A stretch of DNA of 64,000 nucleotides from an uncultured bacterium (GTDB lineage Bacteria > Krumholzibacteriota > Krumholzibacteriia > LZORAL124-64-63). The stretch covers positions 2,176,001-2,240,000 of the forward strand of contig CAVSGO010000007.1 of assembly GCA_963727525.1 (NCBI GenBank), written 5' to 3'. How positions within the stretch are numbered: position 1 is the first letter of the stretch; every line of letters begins with the position of its first letter. Position numbers and translations under genes: made by a program. Below, one piece after another: positions 44,369 through 55,110 of the stretch. The notes beneath the pieces were generated by a model. It was not told the origin of the DNA, did not search any database, and worked only from the letters and a program-made list of their open reading frames with translations.

Positions 44369-46306
44369 CTATTTCAGGAGAACGACCATGCGGCTCGCCG
44401 TGACCCCTCCCGCGGCGAGCCGCACCACGTAGGTGCCCGAGGCCACGGTCCGGCCAGAAGCATCGCCACCATCCCACACCGCGACGTGCGTTCCCGCGGC
44501 CAGCCATCCCGCCACCAGCGTGCGCACGCGCCGCCCATCGAGGGCGTACACCACGAGCGTGGCCCGACTTGCCGCGGGTAGCGTGAAAGCCAGAGTGGTG
44601 CGCGGGTTGAAGGGGTTCGGCGCCGGCCGTGCCAGCCGCAGCGTCGCGGGCAAGGCGGGCATACCCGTGATGTCGCGCTGCACCTGCACCGGGCTCACCG
44701 CGTGGTGGATCGTCAGAACGGAGCGCAGGGGCTCGTAGTAGTAGCCGAACCCGGGATCATCGGGGCTCGCGAGCGGCGGCAACACCTCGCCGCCGGCCAG
44801 GACCACGCGCAGCGGATCGGCCGTGCGCACGACCTCCCGACCCGCGCCATCGCCGGCGGTGGCATACGCCACCGCCCATCCGTCCTGCCCATACGCGATG
44901 GCCGTGAGCGCACGGTCGGCGCTCAGCACGTGCGTCTCGCCGTTCGGCGCCAGCGTAGGATCGAGAGCCATGATCTGTAGCAGATACTTCACAGTATTGA
45001 AGTTCTGCTCGTACCACGATTCGAACGACCCGACGATGAGATCGCGGATCGATGTGTTCATGCGACCGTCGGCCGCGATGCCGGTGGTGTCCTGCCCGTA
45101 GGTGCACACGTCGACCATGGCGAGGGCGCGGTCGCGCCAGGCGTCGTCCTGGCGGGGATCCCCGTCCAGTGCTTGCCAGAGCCGCAAGGCCGTGCGCGCG
45201 TACTGCAGGGTGGCGGCGAAGGTCGGAAAGGGCCAGCCCGTCCACTCCCGCGTGTTCGGCACGTAAGGCGCATATGCCGACTGTGGCCCATCCTCGAGGT
45301 AGCGCGCGGTGACCGTGTCGAGGATCGTGATCGCCAGATCCTGCCACCCACCGGGCCGACGCGCGATCAGCTCGACGATCATCTCGTGGGCCGAGTAGTG
45401 GTCGCCCTTGCCGGTCTGCTGCTCCGGCGCCTGATCCTCGTAGAACCCTTCCCACCGCTGGTAACTTGGCGACGCGGGATCGCACGGGTTGTGCAGGAGC
45501 CATTGCCAGGCGCGGTCGCGCGCGTCGGCGTAGGTGGTGTCGCCGGTGCGCTGGGCCAGCGCATCGAAGAGCCGCACGGCCGGCATCAGGTGACTGGTGT
45601 AGTCCTGGGTGACGGCGCCGTCGCTCGGCACCACGCGAAACGGCCAGCGTCCGTCCTCCCCCACGTCCCCGGTGCGCTGGGTCGCCGCGAGCACGTCGGC
45701 GATCTGCACCGCGCCCTGCCAGTACGCCGCGTCGCCGGTGATGTCGTACAGACGCAGCAGGCGCACCGCGATCATCGCCGGCTTGTCGGTCATGATCGCC
45801 GGCCCGTCCCAGCCGCCCCCCATCACGCCATCGGTCTGCGTGCTGTAAGGCAGGTTGCCATAGAGATTGCCGGCGGGCGTGCGATGCTCGAGGATCCAGT
45901 CGGCGTAGGCGCGGGCACGGGCGAGCCACTGGGGATCACCATCGTAGAGGCGCAGCGCGAGGAACGCGTCGATCGCCACGGATGCGGTGAAGCCCGGATA
46001 GCTCACCGAGCAGTAGCCGGGATAGCCGCCGCCGCAGGTCCATAGCGTGTTGTCGTCCCGGATCGCGTAATGATAGAAGTACGGGGGCACCGGATATCCG
46101 TCGGGATCGTCGTCGTTGGTGCGAATGCCGCCCTCGCCCACGTCCGAGCGCAGGAAGTTCGCGACCTCGCCCACGATCTGCCCTGGCGGTTTGAGCGGCC
46201 CGTCCACCGCCCAGGCCGGCACCACGGCGAGCCCGAGGACGAGCACGGCCACCAGAGCCGCGCAGCGTTCGAGACACGGGGATGCATGCCGTCGTCGCCA
46301 TTTCAT
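44369..46306 (-). CDS. Secreted (alpha/alpha)-barrel-like protein with FlgD-Ig/T9SS-like CTD
   Basis: Signal peptide; helical repeats LYDGDPQWLARA, LYDITGDAAYWQGA, RTGDTTYADARDRAWQWL; C-terminal PNPFNP..VASGTY..MVVLLK; start uncertain (46306 or 46327). Confidence 0.75.
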   Translation of the reverse strand: MKWRRRHASPCLERCAALVAVLVLGLAVVPAWAVDGPLKPPGQIVGEVANFLRSDVGEGGIRTNDDDPDGYPVPPYFYHYAIRDDNTLWTCGGGYPGYCSVSYPGFTASVAIDAFLALRLYDGDPQWLARARAYADWILEHRTPAGNLYGNLPYSTQTDGVMGGGWDGPAIMTDKPAMIAVRLLRLYDITGDAAYWQGAVQIADVLAATQRTGDVGEDGRWPFRVVPSDGAVTQDYTSHLMPAVRLFDALAQRTGDTTYADARDRAWQWLLHNPCDPASPSYQRWEGFYEDQAPEQQTGKGDHYSAHEMIVELIARRPGGWQDLAITILDTVTARYLEDGPQSAYAPYVPNTREWTGWPFPTFAATLQYARTALRLWQALDGDPRQDDAWRDRALAMVDVCTYGQDTTGIAADGRMNTSIRDLIVGSFESWYEQNFNTVKYLLQIMALDPTLAPNGETHVLSADRALTAIAYGQDGWAVAYATAGDGAGREVVRTADPLRVVLAGGEVLPPLASPDDPGFGYYYEPLRSVLTIHHAVSPVQVQRDITGMPALPATLRLARPAPNPFNPRTTLAFTLPAASRATLVVYALDGRRVRTLVAGWLAAGTHVAVWDGGDASGRTVASGTYVVRLAAGGVTASRMVVLLK

Positions 46307-46515
46307 GATGACCAGATGATACCACACCGGATCCTGTCATGGGCGGGCTGGTCAAGCCTTGGGTTCTGGGGTATGCTCGGTGGTTGGTGCGGGGGGCGGC
46401 GTTCAGAATCGCCAACCATCTGCCATTGCGTCCCTTAACTCGTGCCTCGAAGATTGTTGATGCCGCCTGACTGTCCAGGAAGTGATCGATTTCGAATACT
46501 GCGGAGTCGAAAATC

Positions 46516-48144
46516 ATGTCGACAGCTCAAAAAACTAGCGACTCGGGTCGCCGGAACCGGGCCATCAACATTCTTCGAGGCACGTCTTTGGTGATTGCAG
46601 GGTGGGTTGGGGTCACGATTGCCCTCGCGGCCCACATGTACACGATCGACGGCCTCTACTACCTGGGCGACCTGCGGCGGGCCGACTGGGCTGAACTCCT
46701 GCATCCCCACCATCTGCTCATGGAGGCGTCGTATTTCGGGTGGGTGCGGCTGTGGCCCGGCTCCGACATCGTCGCGTTGCAGGTTCTCACCACATTGCTC
46801 ACCGCCGGCGGGCTCGTCATCTTCGCACGCACGGTTCGCCGGGTGATCGCATGCGAGTCGCTCGTCGTCCTGGCCGTGGTCTGGCTCGCCACCACGAACG
46901 TGGTCTGGGTGCAGGCCACGCAGCCGGATGCGGGCCCCTGGTTCTGGTTCTTCTGCGCCGTGAACCTGGCCTGGGCCGTGCGTCTGGCCGCGGGTGTGGC
47001 GGAGACCCGTACGGTCGGGTACCTGATCGTCACCACGGCTCTCGGCATCCTCTTCCACCAGTCCCTCGCCCTTGCGGCCCCCGTCCTGGCGGCGATCCTG
47101 GCCGTCCACGCACCACGGGGCCGCCGACTCGCCATGGCGGCCACGATGCTGGTGGGGACAGGGGCACTGGTGCTGGCCGTGTACGGACTCGCTGGCTTCG
47201 TGAGTACCGGGAGCCTCGCCCCCGCGGTGCTCTGGCAGTGGGCCACTGGCTACCGGGAGGAATTCGCGAATCGCTGCGGGCAGTTGCGGTTGATGGTCTC
47301 GTCCGAGGTGCCGCGGGGGCTAGGGACGGCCCTGCTCGGGGCCGAGCCGCTGAAGCCATACATGTACGGTGGCCGCGGCCTCGATGGGCACCTCGGCGCG
47401 GTGATGTTGCCCTTCGCGGCGGTGGGAGGCGTGCTCCTGGCCGGTGGCGCCGGCCTGCTCGCACGATGGCGCGAGGCAACGGCGCTCACGCGGCGTCAGC
47501 TCGTCGCCGTGATCGCCCTCGGACTGGCGGCGGCGCTCTTTGCCGCCTGGTGGGACCCCGCGCAGCGGAAGTTCTGGACGCCCGTGGTCCCCGCGCTGGT
47601 GCTCGTCGCGCTGTGGGGCTGGGATCGCGCCCTGTGTTCGCGGCTCGGCTCGCGGCTCGCCGTCGGTGTTGTGGCCAGCGTCGTGCTCGTGTCGCTAGGC
47701 TGGAACCTCGCGAACACGATCCTGCCTCGCCATGGCTTCCATGATGCCACGCAACCCCTCGTGGCGTTCCTGCAAGCGTCGGTCGGCGCGGGAGACACGG
47801 TGATCCTGCGGGAGGACCGCGTGTGGCAATGCGCCACTTATTTCGCGCCCGACGCGCCGGTGTACGGGATCCCCGGTGCCCTTTCCGACCGGCTCGACCC
47901 GCAAGAATCGGTGTGGTATGACGCCGTTGCCGCCGCATCCGTGAGCCTCGCCGGGGACCACCACGTCTGGGTGGCGGACAGCCAGCTAGCGCGGTTACGC
48001 CGGGCGCTCGAGCCCCGGTTCGGCAACCTGGCCACGCGAGCCGTCCTCACGTACCGCGACGAGGACCTCGGACCGGTGGCGCCGCTGCAGACCTGCTATG
48101 CGGTGACACTCGCGAACGGGTTAACTGGTGGCGCGGCACACTAA
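46516..48144 (+). CDS. Polytopic membrane protein, GT-C glycosyltransferase-like
   Basis: First TM followed by IDGLYY..HPHHLL, about 11 TM segments, LFHQS, soluble C-terminal domain. Confidence 0.6.
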   Translation: MSTAQKTSDSGRRNRAINILRGTSLVIAGWVGVTIALAAHMYTIDGLYYLGDLRRADWAELLHPHHLLMEASYFGWVRLWPGSDIVALQVLTTLLTAGGLVIFARTVRRVIACESLVVLAVVWLATTNVVWVQATQPDAGPWFWFFCAVNLAWAVRLAAGVAETRTVGYLIVTTALGILFHQSLALAAPVLAAILAVHAPRGRRLAMAATMLVGTGALVLAVYGLAGFVSTGSLAPAVLWQWATGYREEFANRCGQLRLMVSSEVPRGLGTALLGAEPLKPYMYGGRGLDGHLGAVMLPFAAVGGVLLAGGAGLLARWREATALTRRQLVAVIALGLAAALFAAWWDPAQRKFWTPVVPALVLVALWGWDRALCSRLGSRLAVGVVASVVLVSLGWNLANTILPRHGFHDATQPLVAFLQASVGAGDTVILREDRVWQCATYFAPDAPVYGIPGALSDRLDPQESVWYDAVAAASVSLAGDHHVWVADSQLARLRRALEPRFGNLATRAVLTYRDEDLGPVAPLQTCYAVTLANGLTGGAAH

Positions 48145-48160
48145 TAAGAAATCTCTTTAC

Positions 48161-48185
48161 TCAAGATTGAACATCGGTGGTCGAT
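48161..48185 (+). promoter_or_regulatory. Possible sigma28 promoter
   Basis: TCAAG-N14-GTCGAT upstream of the diguanylate cyclase. Confidence 0.4.
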
Positions 48186-48255
48186 CCCGGACCAAGCGTG
48201 GAGGGACCGCCAGGAGGGCGGGCGTCGAGATGCCGAGACAGCCACGGAGACCGTT

Positions 48256-50199
48256 GTGCAGCTTGCCGAGCAGTCCATCCTCACCTCTCTCAAGGCGTCC
48301 GGACGGCTGCCGTCGCCCACCGGGGTCGCCCTGCAGATCCTCGAACTCACGCGCGATCCGAATACGGGCACGGAAGACATGGCCGACGTGCTGCGGGGCG
48401 ACCCCGCGCTTGCCGGACAGCTGCTCAAATTCGCGAACAGTGCCGACGCCGGTTCGCGCACCGAGATCCGGTCGCTCAACGAGGCGCTCGTGCGTCTCGG
48501 CACGAGCACGGTGCGGCAACTCTGCCTGGGTTTCTCCGTCGTCTCGAATGCGCGGCAGGGGCCGTGCGTCGGATTCGACTACCAGCGCTACTGGACGCAC
48601 GCGCTCGCCCAGGCCGTGAGCTGCCAGGCGCTGGCACGGCGTATTCCGTCGATCAGCCCCGACGGGGCGTTCACCTGCGGGCTGCTCGCCAGCATCGGCA
48701 AGCTCGCGCTGGCCAGCGTCTATCCCGACGAGTTCGCCGCGATCCTCGAGGCCTGGAACGACGGCAGCGCCGCCGATCTCGTCCGCCAGGAACGCGTGCA
48801 GCTCTCGATTGATCACAACCAGGTCACGGCCGCGCTCTTCGAGGACTGGCGGTTGCCGGACCGTTACCGTCACGCCGTAAGCCACCAGGACGACGGCGAC
48901 CTCTTCGACGCACTCGGCCACGTCGGCAACCGCGATCGCGATGCCACGCTGACAGCCCTGCTCAGCGTGGCCGACCTCGCGGCGCGGATCTGCGTCGAAT
49001 CCGGGCCGCGCCGGCACCTGCTGGTGATGGACTTCGTGCTGATCGGCTGCAAGCTCGGTATACCGGAAGCGGCGTGGTCCACAATGTACGATGAGATCCT
49101 GGCCGAGTGGGCGCGCGTGGGGCGTGTGCTGGACATCGTGACCTCGCGGGTGTCGTCCCTCGACGAGCTGGTCCGGCGCGCCCGTGAGCATCGCACCCCT
49201 ATCCTCGAAGCTGCCCCGACGGAAGCCTCCGAGGCCGAGACCGACGCCCTCGACATCCTCGCGGTGGTTTACGACGAGGAGGAACTGGCGGCCCTGAGGG
49301 TGCAGCTCGCGACTGGTGGACACCGCGTCACCGTCGCGCGCGATGGTCGCCAGGCGCTGGAGTGTGCGCTGCAGCGACTACCGCAACTCGTGCTCACCGA
49401 CGTACACGTTCCCGGCCTGGACGGCCTCGAGCTGTGTCGGACGCTGCGCCGGTCGGAGCAGACACGCCGCACCTACGTCGTGGCCATGACGCGCCGGGAC
49501 GACGCCGACGAACAGATCACCGCCTTCGCTGCTGGTGTCAACGATACGGTGGCCAGGCCCATCGACCATCGCCTCCTCGCCGCGCGCCTGCGTGCAGCCG
49601 CCTTCGTGATCCGCCTGCAGGAGCAGGCCGATCGCGATCAGACCCAGCTCCAGCGCACGCTCGCCGAGTGGGGCAAGCTCACTCGCCGCCTCGAGCACAT
49701 GGCTCTGGAAGACCAGCTCACCGGCCTGCCCAACCGACGCAGCGGCCTGCAGCAGCTCGACAAGGAGTGGGCGCGTACGGGGCGCGAGGACACCGGCTTG
49801 ATGGTGATGATCGGGGATATCGACCACTTCAAGTGCGTCAATGACGAGCACGGTCACGACGCGGGCGATCTCGTGCTGCGCGAGACGGCGCACGTCCTGC
49901 AGCGGACCATGCGCAAGAGCGACACGGTGTGCCGCTTCGGCGGCGAGGAATTCCTGGTGATATGCCCCGGCGCCGATCTGGCCGTCGCCTTGGAACTCGG
50001 CGATCGCCTGCGCGCCGCGGTCGAACACAACCAGATCGACACGCCTGAATTCTGCAGCTCCGTGACCGTGTCCATCGGTGTCGCGGCGCGCGGTTCTCGC
50101 CATGCTTCGCCCAAGGACCTGATCCGCGAGGCGGATGAGGCACTGTACGCCGCCAAGGACGCCGGCCGCAACAAGGTGTGCATCACCGCCGACGAGTAG
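48256..50199 (+). CDS. HDOD-REC-GGDEF diguanylate cyclase
   Basis: LPSP...DPAL...LLK.ANS (HDOD), LVLTD..VPGLDGLELCR (REC), DQLTGLPNRR, DIDHFK.VND.HGH, RKSD I-site, GGEEF. Confidence 0.93.
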   Translation: MQLAEQSILTSLKASGRLPSPTGVALQILELTRDPNTGTEDMADVLRGDPALAGQLLKFANSADAGSRTEIRSLNEALVRLGTSTVRQLCLGFSVVSNARQGPCVGFDYQRYWTHALAQAVSCQALARRIPSISPDGAFTCGLLASIGKLALASVYPDEFAAILEAWNDGSAADLVRQERVQLSIDHNQVTAALFEDWRLPDRYRHAVSHQDDGDLFDALGHVGNRDRDATLTALLSVADLAARICVESGPRRHLLVMDFVLIGCKLGIPEAAWSTMYDEILAEWARVGRVLDIVTSRVSSLDELVRRAREHRTPILEAAPTEASEAETDALDILAVVYDEEELAALRVQLATGGHRVTVARDGRQALECALQRLPQLVLTDVHVPGLDGLELCRTLRRSEQTRRTYVVAMTRRDDADEQITAFAAGVNDTVARPIDHRLLAARLRAAAFVIRLQEQADRDQTQLQRTLAEWGKLTRRLEHMALEDQLTGLPNRRSGLQQLDKEWARTGREDTGLMVMIGDIDHFKCVNDEHGHDAGDLVLRETAHVLQRTMRKSDTVCRFGGEEFLVICPGADLAVALELGDRLRAAVEHNQIDTPEFCSSVTVSIGVAARGSRHASPKDLIREADEALYAAKDAGRNKVCITADE

Positions 50200-50200
50200 G

Positions 50201-50674
50201 TCAGTACTCCACGCGATCGCCGCGGGCCGACCAGGCCGCGAACGGACGGGCGCGATCCGGATGCGCGAGAGCCACGGTCGGCAGGTCTCGTTCCGTGGGC
50301 GGGCGGGGAATCTCGTCGTAGATGTGCGCGTCGTCGAAGCCGGCAGCCGCCGCGTCCTCGCGCGTACCGGCGTAGGTCAGCCGGTCCAGCCGCGCCCAGT
50401 AGATCGCCCCCAGGCACATCGGACAGGGTTCGCAGCTCGCGTAGATCTCGCCGCCGGAAAGGTCGAAAGTGCCGAGGACCCGACACGCCTCGCGGATGGC
50501 GCTCACCTCCGCGTGGGCCGTGGGATCGCCGAGCACCGTCACGCCGTTCACGCCACGCGCGATCACCGCGCCGTCCTTCACGATCACGGCGCCGAACGGA
50601 CCGCCGCCCGCCGCCACGTTCGCCTCGGCGAGCCTCAGCGCCTCGGCCATGAACGCCTGGGGATCGCTGGTCAC
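50201..50674 (-). CDS. Nucleoside/guanine deaminase (CDA fold)
   Basis: GGPFGA, DPTAHAE, SCEPCPMC..AIYW, GFDD..IY; GTGA overlap with the liuD stop. Confidence 0.9.
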   Translation of the reverse strand: MTSDPQAFMAEALRLAEANVAAGGGPFGAVIVKDGAVIARGVNGVTVLGDPTAHAEVSAIREACRVLGTFDLSGGEIYASCEPCPMCLGAIYWARLDRLTYAGTREDAAAAGFDDAHIYDEIPRPPTERDLPTVALAHPDRARPFAAWSARGDRVEY

Positions 50675-52668
50675 GCCGCCCCCTCGAGCACCAGCAACGG
50701 TTGCCCCTCCTGCACCTGATCACCGACCTGGAACGGCACCTCCTTCACCTCGCCGTCATGCGGGGCGCAGATCGTGTGCTGCATCTTCATGGCCTCGATC
50801 ACCATGAGCGCCGCACCGCGCGCCACCTTGTCGCCCTCCTTGCACTGGATGCTCACGACGATGCCGTTGATCGGCGCCACGAGCTGCCCGTCCGTCGATT
50901 CCTCGTCTACGACGGCCGCGATGGTGGGCTGGGTGAAGGTGTGCGCCTGGTGACGGAACTGCACCGTGAAACTGCCGCCGCTCGAGGTGATGGTGGCCTT
51001 CAGAAGGTGACCATCCAGCTCGGCCAGGAGCTGGCGCGATTCGAGCCGCGCCGTGGCCCACACCTCCTGGTGTTCGAGATCGAGGCGATAGCCGTTGCGC
51101 TCGCGCAACACGCCCACCAGGTGTTCGTGGCCCTGTCCGTCGACGAGGCGCATCATCCGGGTGGCCGGTCCGTTCAGCCGCCACGCGCGCAGGCTCGCCC
51201 AGGGCGAGAAGGGATCGGTCGTCTCACCGGTGCGCCGCGCCTCCTGTTGCGCCTGGTGCTCCGCCAGGTACAGTGTCGCCAGAGCGAGGAAACGCTGTGG
51301 CGACTGCGGACTCTGGTCCATGATCAGGTGGCGGAAATCGGCGATGAAGCCGGTTGTGAGCTGCCCCGCGTAGAACGGGCGGCTGTCGAGGATGTTCGAC
51401 AGGAACTCCAGGTTGGTGGCCACGCCCACCACGCGATATTCCTCGAGCGCGCGGTTGATGCGCCGGATGGCCAGCGGTCGACTCTCGTCCCAGCACGCGA
51501 GCTTGGCGATCATCGGATCGTAGTAGGCGCTGATCTCGTCGTTCTCCCGCACGCCGCTGTCCACGCGCACGTGGCGCGACTGGATCGGCTCGGCGAGGTA
51601 GCTGATGCGGCCGGGGTCTGGCCGGAAATCGTTGTCGGGATCCTCCGCGTAGATACGCGCCTCGATGGCATGGCCATCGACGCGCACCTCGGCCTGCGTG
51701 AGCGGCAGCGGTTCGCCGCTGGCAACCAGGAGCTGCCACTTCACGAGATCCTGCCCCGTGATCATCTCCGTCACCGGATGCTCCACCTGCAGCCGGGTGT
51801 TCATCTCCATGAAGTAGAACTTGTGATCGCGATCGAGCAGGAACTCGATGGTGCCGGCGCCGCGGTAGTCGATGGCCTGGGCCGCGCGCACGGCCGCCTC
51901 GCCCATCTCGCGGCGCAGCGCGTCCGACAGCCCGGGCGCGGGCGCCTCCTCGATGATCTTCTGGTGCCGGCGCTGGATCGAGCAGTCGCGGTCGGCCAGG
52001 TAGATGCAGTGGCCCTGATCGTCGGCGAAGATCTGCACCTCCACGTGGCGCGGTCCCTCGAGGTACTTTTCCACCAGGAGCTTGCCGTCGCCAAACGCCG
52101 ACTCGGCTTCGCTGCGCGCCTGCGTGAGCGCCGCGACCACCTCGCTCTCCTCGCGCACGATGCGCATGCCCTTGCCGCCACCGCCGAACGCCGCTTTGAT
52201 CAGCACCGGGAACCCGATCTCCTTGACCTTCTCGGCGAGGAACTCGGGATCCTGGTTGTCGCCGTGGTAACCGGGCATGAGCGGCACGCCGGCCGCCGAG
52301 ACGATGCTCTTGGCTTCGCTCTTGCTGCCCATGGCATCGATCGCCTCGGGCGGCGGCCCCACGAATGTCATGCCCGCCTCGCGCACACGTCGGCAGAACC
52401 CGGCATTCTCGGCCAGGAAGCCGTACCCAGGATGCACGGCGTCCGCGCCGGTGATCTTCGCCACCTCGATGAGCTTGTCCTGATTGAGGTACGACTGCCG
52501 GCTCGGCGACGGACCGATGTGGTACGCCTCGTCGGTCTCCACCACGTGGCGCGCCCCCGCATCGGCATCGGAGTAGACGGCGACGCAGCGGATACCCAGA
52601 GCGTGGGCCGTGCGGATGATGCGGCAGGCGATCTCGCCGCGGTTGGCGATGAGCAGCTTGCGGAACAT
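50671..52668 (-). CDS. liuD: 3-methylcrotonyl-CoA carboxylase biotin-containing alpha subunit
   Basis: LIANRGEIA, HPGYGFL.EN, GGGGKGMR, RDCSIQRRHQK, EMNTRLQVEH, YDPMIAK, EAMKM. Confidence 0.92.
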   Translation of the reverse strand: MFRKLLIANRGEIACRIIRTAHALGIRCVAVYSDADAGARHVVETDEAYHIGPSPSRQSYLNQDKLIEVAKITGADAVHPGYGFLAENAGFCRRVREAGMTFVGPPPEAIDAMGSKSEAKSIVSAAGVPLMPGYHGDNQDPEFLAEKVKEIGFPVLIKAAFGGGGKGMRIVREESEVVAALTQARSEAESAFGDGKLLVEKYLEGPRHVEVQIFADDQGHCIYLADRDCSIQRRHQKIIEEAPAPGLSDALRREMGEAAVRAAQAIDYRGAGTIEFLLDRDHKFYFMEMNTRLQVEHPVTEMITGQDLVKWQLLVASGEPLPLTQAEVRVDGHAIEARIYAEDPDNDFRPDPGRISYLAEPIQSRHVRVDSGVRENDEISAYYDPMIAKLACWDESRPLAIRRINRALEEYRVVGVATNLEFLSNILDSRPFYAGQLTTGFIADFRHLIMDQSPQSPQRFLALATLYLAEHQAQQEARRTGETTDPFSPWASLRAWRLNGPATRMMRLVDGQGHEHLVGVLRERNGYRLDLEHQEVWATARLESRQLLAELDGHLLKATITSSGGSFTVQFRHQAHTFTQPTIAAVVDEESTDGQLVAPINGIVVSIQCKEGDKVARGAALMVIEAMKMQHTICAPHDGEVKEVPFQVGDQVQEGQPLLVLEGAA

Positions 52669-52672
52669 GGTG

Positions 52673-53473
52673 TCACTCTCCCCGGGGCGCCCACGCGGGC
52701 GGGCGCCTGGCAAAGAACGCGGCGAGGCCTTCCCGGGCTTCCGGGGCGGCGCGCAGATCGGCGATGAGCGTGGCGGTCTCGGTGACGAGGTCGTCGTCCA
52801 CCGTGCGGCCATTCACGAGGCGAAAGAGATTCTTGATGGCGCCCTGGGCTACGGGGGCCCCGCGCAGCACGTGGTCGTGCCAGGCGGCGGCCGCCGCCGC
52901 GAGATCCTCGGTCACCTCATGCACCAGCCCCACCTCGCGGGCGACGTCGGCCGTCATGACCTCGGCGGTGAGCACGTAGCGCCGGGCCTGCCGGGCTCCG
53001 AGCGCGCGGAGCACGTACGGGCTGATGACCGATGCCGCGATGCCCAGGCGCGCTTCGCTCAGGCAGAAGCGCGCGCGCGGCAAGGCGAAGACGGTGTCGC
53101 AGCAGCAGAGCACGCCCACGGCGCCGCCGAAGGCCGGCCCTTGCACCAGAGCGAGCGTCGGGCGCGGAAACGTGTCGAGGGCGCGTAGCATCTCGGCGAG
53201 CGCCATGGCGTCGGCGAGATTCTTGTCGCGGCTCGCGTCGGCCATGGCCTGCATGTGTCCGAGGTCGGCACCGGCACAGAAGGTGGGTCCTTCGGCAGCG
53301 AGCACGAGCGAACGGATTCCCGCGTGGCACGCGGCCGTGGCGAACAAGGCATTCAGCTCGGCCACCATCTCGCCGCTGAACGCGTTGTGTTTCTGCGGCC
53401 GCGCCAGCGTCAGCGTGGCGATGCCGCGGTCATCGATCGTCAGATGGCAGGTCTTGCGCGACTCCTGCAACAT
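52673..53473 (-). CDS. liuC: Methylglutaconyl-CoA hydratase (crotonase family)
   Basis: HNAF, FCAGADL, AFGGAVG, FCLSE.RLG, EAREGL.AF; position in the liu operon. Confidence 0.88.
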   Translation of the reverse strand: MLQESRKTCHLTIDDRGIATLTLARPQKHNAFSGEMVAELNALFATAACHAGIRSLVLAAEGPTFCAGADLGHMQAMADASRDKNLADAMALAEMLRALDTFPRPTLALVQGPAFGGAVGVLCCCDTVFALPRARFCLSEARLGIAASVISPYVLRALGARQARRYVLTAEVMTADVAREVGLVHEVTEDLAAAAAAWHDHVLRGAPVAQGAIKNLFRLVNGRTVDDDLVTETATLIADLRAAPEAREGLAAFFARRPPAWAPRGE

Positions 53474-53484
53474 CGGTCCTCCTG

Positions 53485-55092
53485 CTACATGCGGAACACG
53501 CCGAAGTGGCTGTCGGAAATGGGGGCATTGAGCGAGGCCGACAGCCCCAGCGCCAGCACCTCGCGGGTCTGGGCGGGGTCGATCACGCCGTCATCCCACA
53601 GACGCGCGCTCGCGTAGTACGGATGGCCCTGCGCCTCGTAGTGTGCGAGGATGGGGGACTTGAACGCGTCCTCGTCCTTCTTCGCCCACTTCTTGCCCTC
53701 GCGCGCCAGACCGTCACGCTTGACCTGCGCCAGCACGCCGGCCGCTTGCTCGCCGCCCATGACGGAGATGCGCGCGTTGGGCCACATCCACATCAGCACG
53801 GGATCATAGGCGCGGCCGCACATCCCGTAGTTGCCGGCCCCGAAGCTGCCACCCACGATCACCGTGAACTTGGGCACCTGCGCATTGGTCACGGCCATCA
53901 CCATCTTGGCGCCATGCTTGGCGATGCCCCCGGCCTCGGCCTTCTGTCCCACCATGAAACCGGTGATGTTCTGCAGGAAGATCAGCGGCACGCGCCGCTG
54001 GCAGCACAGCTCGATGAAATGGGTGCCCTTGACGGCCGACTCGCTGTAGAGAATGCCGTTGTTGCCGACGATGCCCACCGGATAGCCGTGCAGCGTGGCG
54101 AAGCCGCACACCAGCGTCTCGCCGTAGGTGCGCTTGAACTCGTCGAACTCGGAGCCGTCCACGAGGCGCGCGATGACCTCGCGGATGTCATACGGGATGC
54201 GCAGGTCGGTGCCCACGATACCGTAGATCTCCTCGGGATCGTACAGAGGCGGCCGCGGATCGCGCGGCTTCAGGGTCATGGGCTTGCCGTGGTTGAGATT
54301 GGCCACGCAGCGCCGCGCCAGGTCCAGGGCGTGCCGATCGTCGAGGGCGTAGTGGTCGGCCACGCCCGAGGTCTTGCAGTGCAGATCGGCGCCGCCGAGA
54401 TCCTCGGCCGTCACCTCCTCGCCCGTGGCCGCCTTCACGAGCGGCGGCCCGGCAAGGAAGATGGTGGCCTGCTCCTTCACCATGATGGCCTCGTCGGCCA
54501 TCGCCGGCACGTAGGCGCCACCCGCGGTGCACGAGCCCAGGACGACGGCGATCTGCGGGATGCCCGCCGCCGACATCGAGGCCTGATTGTAGAAGATCCG
54601 GCCGAAGTGCTCGCGGTCGGGGAAGACCTCGTCCTGAAGCGGAAGGAATGCGCCGCCCGAGTCCACCAGATAGAGGCACGGCAGGTGGCAGCGTGCCGCG
54701 ATCTCCTGCGCGCGCAGGTGCTTCTTCACGGTCAGCGGAAAGTAGGTGCCACCCTTCACCGTGGCGTCGTTCGCCACGATCATGCACTCCACGCCCTCGA
54801 CGCGTCCGATACCGCACACGATGCCGGCCGCGGGTACCGGCTCGTCGTAGACCTCGTGCGCCGCGAACTGCCCGATCTCCAGGAACGGTGAGCCTGGGTC
54901 GAGCAGATGGCGGATGCGGTCGCGCGTGAGCAGCTTGCCGCGCGCGAGATGCCGGGCCTGGGCCTTCTCGCCGCCACCGCGACGGATCTGCACGAGATGC
55001 TCGCGCAGATCAGCGACGAGGGCGCGCACGGCGCGGTCGTTGTCCTGGAAACGCTGGCTGCGGATGACCAGACGGCTCTTGAGCACGCTCAC
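53485..55092 (-). CDS. liuB: 3-methylcrotonyl-CoA carboxylase beta subunit
   Basis: [71 protein letters not shown]. Confidence 0.94.
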   Translation of the reverse strand: MSVLKSRLVIRSQRFQDNDRAVRALVADLREHLVQIRRGGGEKAQARHLARGKLLTRDRIRHLLDPGSPFLEIGQFAAHEVYDEPVPAAGIVCGIGRVEGVECMIVANDATVKGGTYFPLTVKKHLRAQEIAARCHLPCLYLVDSGGAFLPLQDEVFPDREHFGRIFYNQASMSAAGIPQIAVVLGSCTAGGAYVPAMADEAIMVKEQATIFLAGPPLVKAATGEEVTAEDLGGADLHCKTSGVADHYALDDRHALDLARRCVANLNHGKPMTLKPRDPRPPLYDPEEIYGIVGTDLRIPYDIREVIARLVDGSEFDEFKRTYGETLVCGFATLHGYPVGIVGNNGILYSESAVKGTHFIELCCQRRVPLIFLQNITGFMVGQKAEAGGIAKHGAKMVMAVTNAQVPKFTVIVGGSFGAGNYGMCGRAYDPVLMWMWPNARISVMGGEQAAGVLAQVKRDGLAREGKKWAKKDEDAFKSPILAHYEAQGHPYYASARLWDDGVIDPAQTREVLALGLSASLNAPISDSHFGVFRM

Positions 55093-55110
55093 GGGGGCCT
55101 CTCCCTCGGG

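Noticed and set aside
44366-44371. Abutting stop codons of convergent genes (also 50199/50201)
   Set aside because: Common in compact genomes; no further signal
50671-55092. Geranyl-CoA carboxylase (AtuC/AtuF) call because atuA is in the window
   Set aside because: The beta-subunit motif [21 protein letters not shown] and linkage to isovaleryl-CoA dehydrogenase fit methylcrotonyl-CoA carboxylase better
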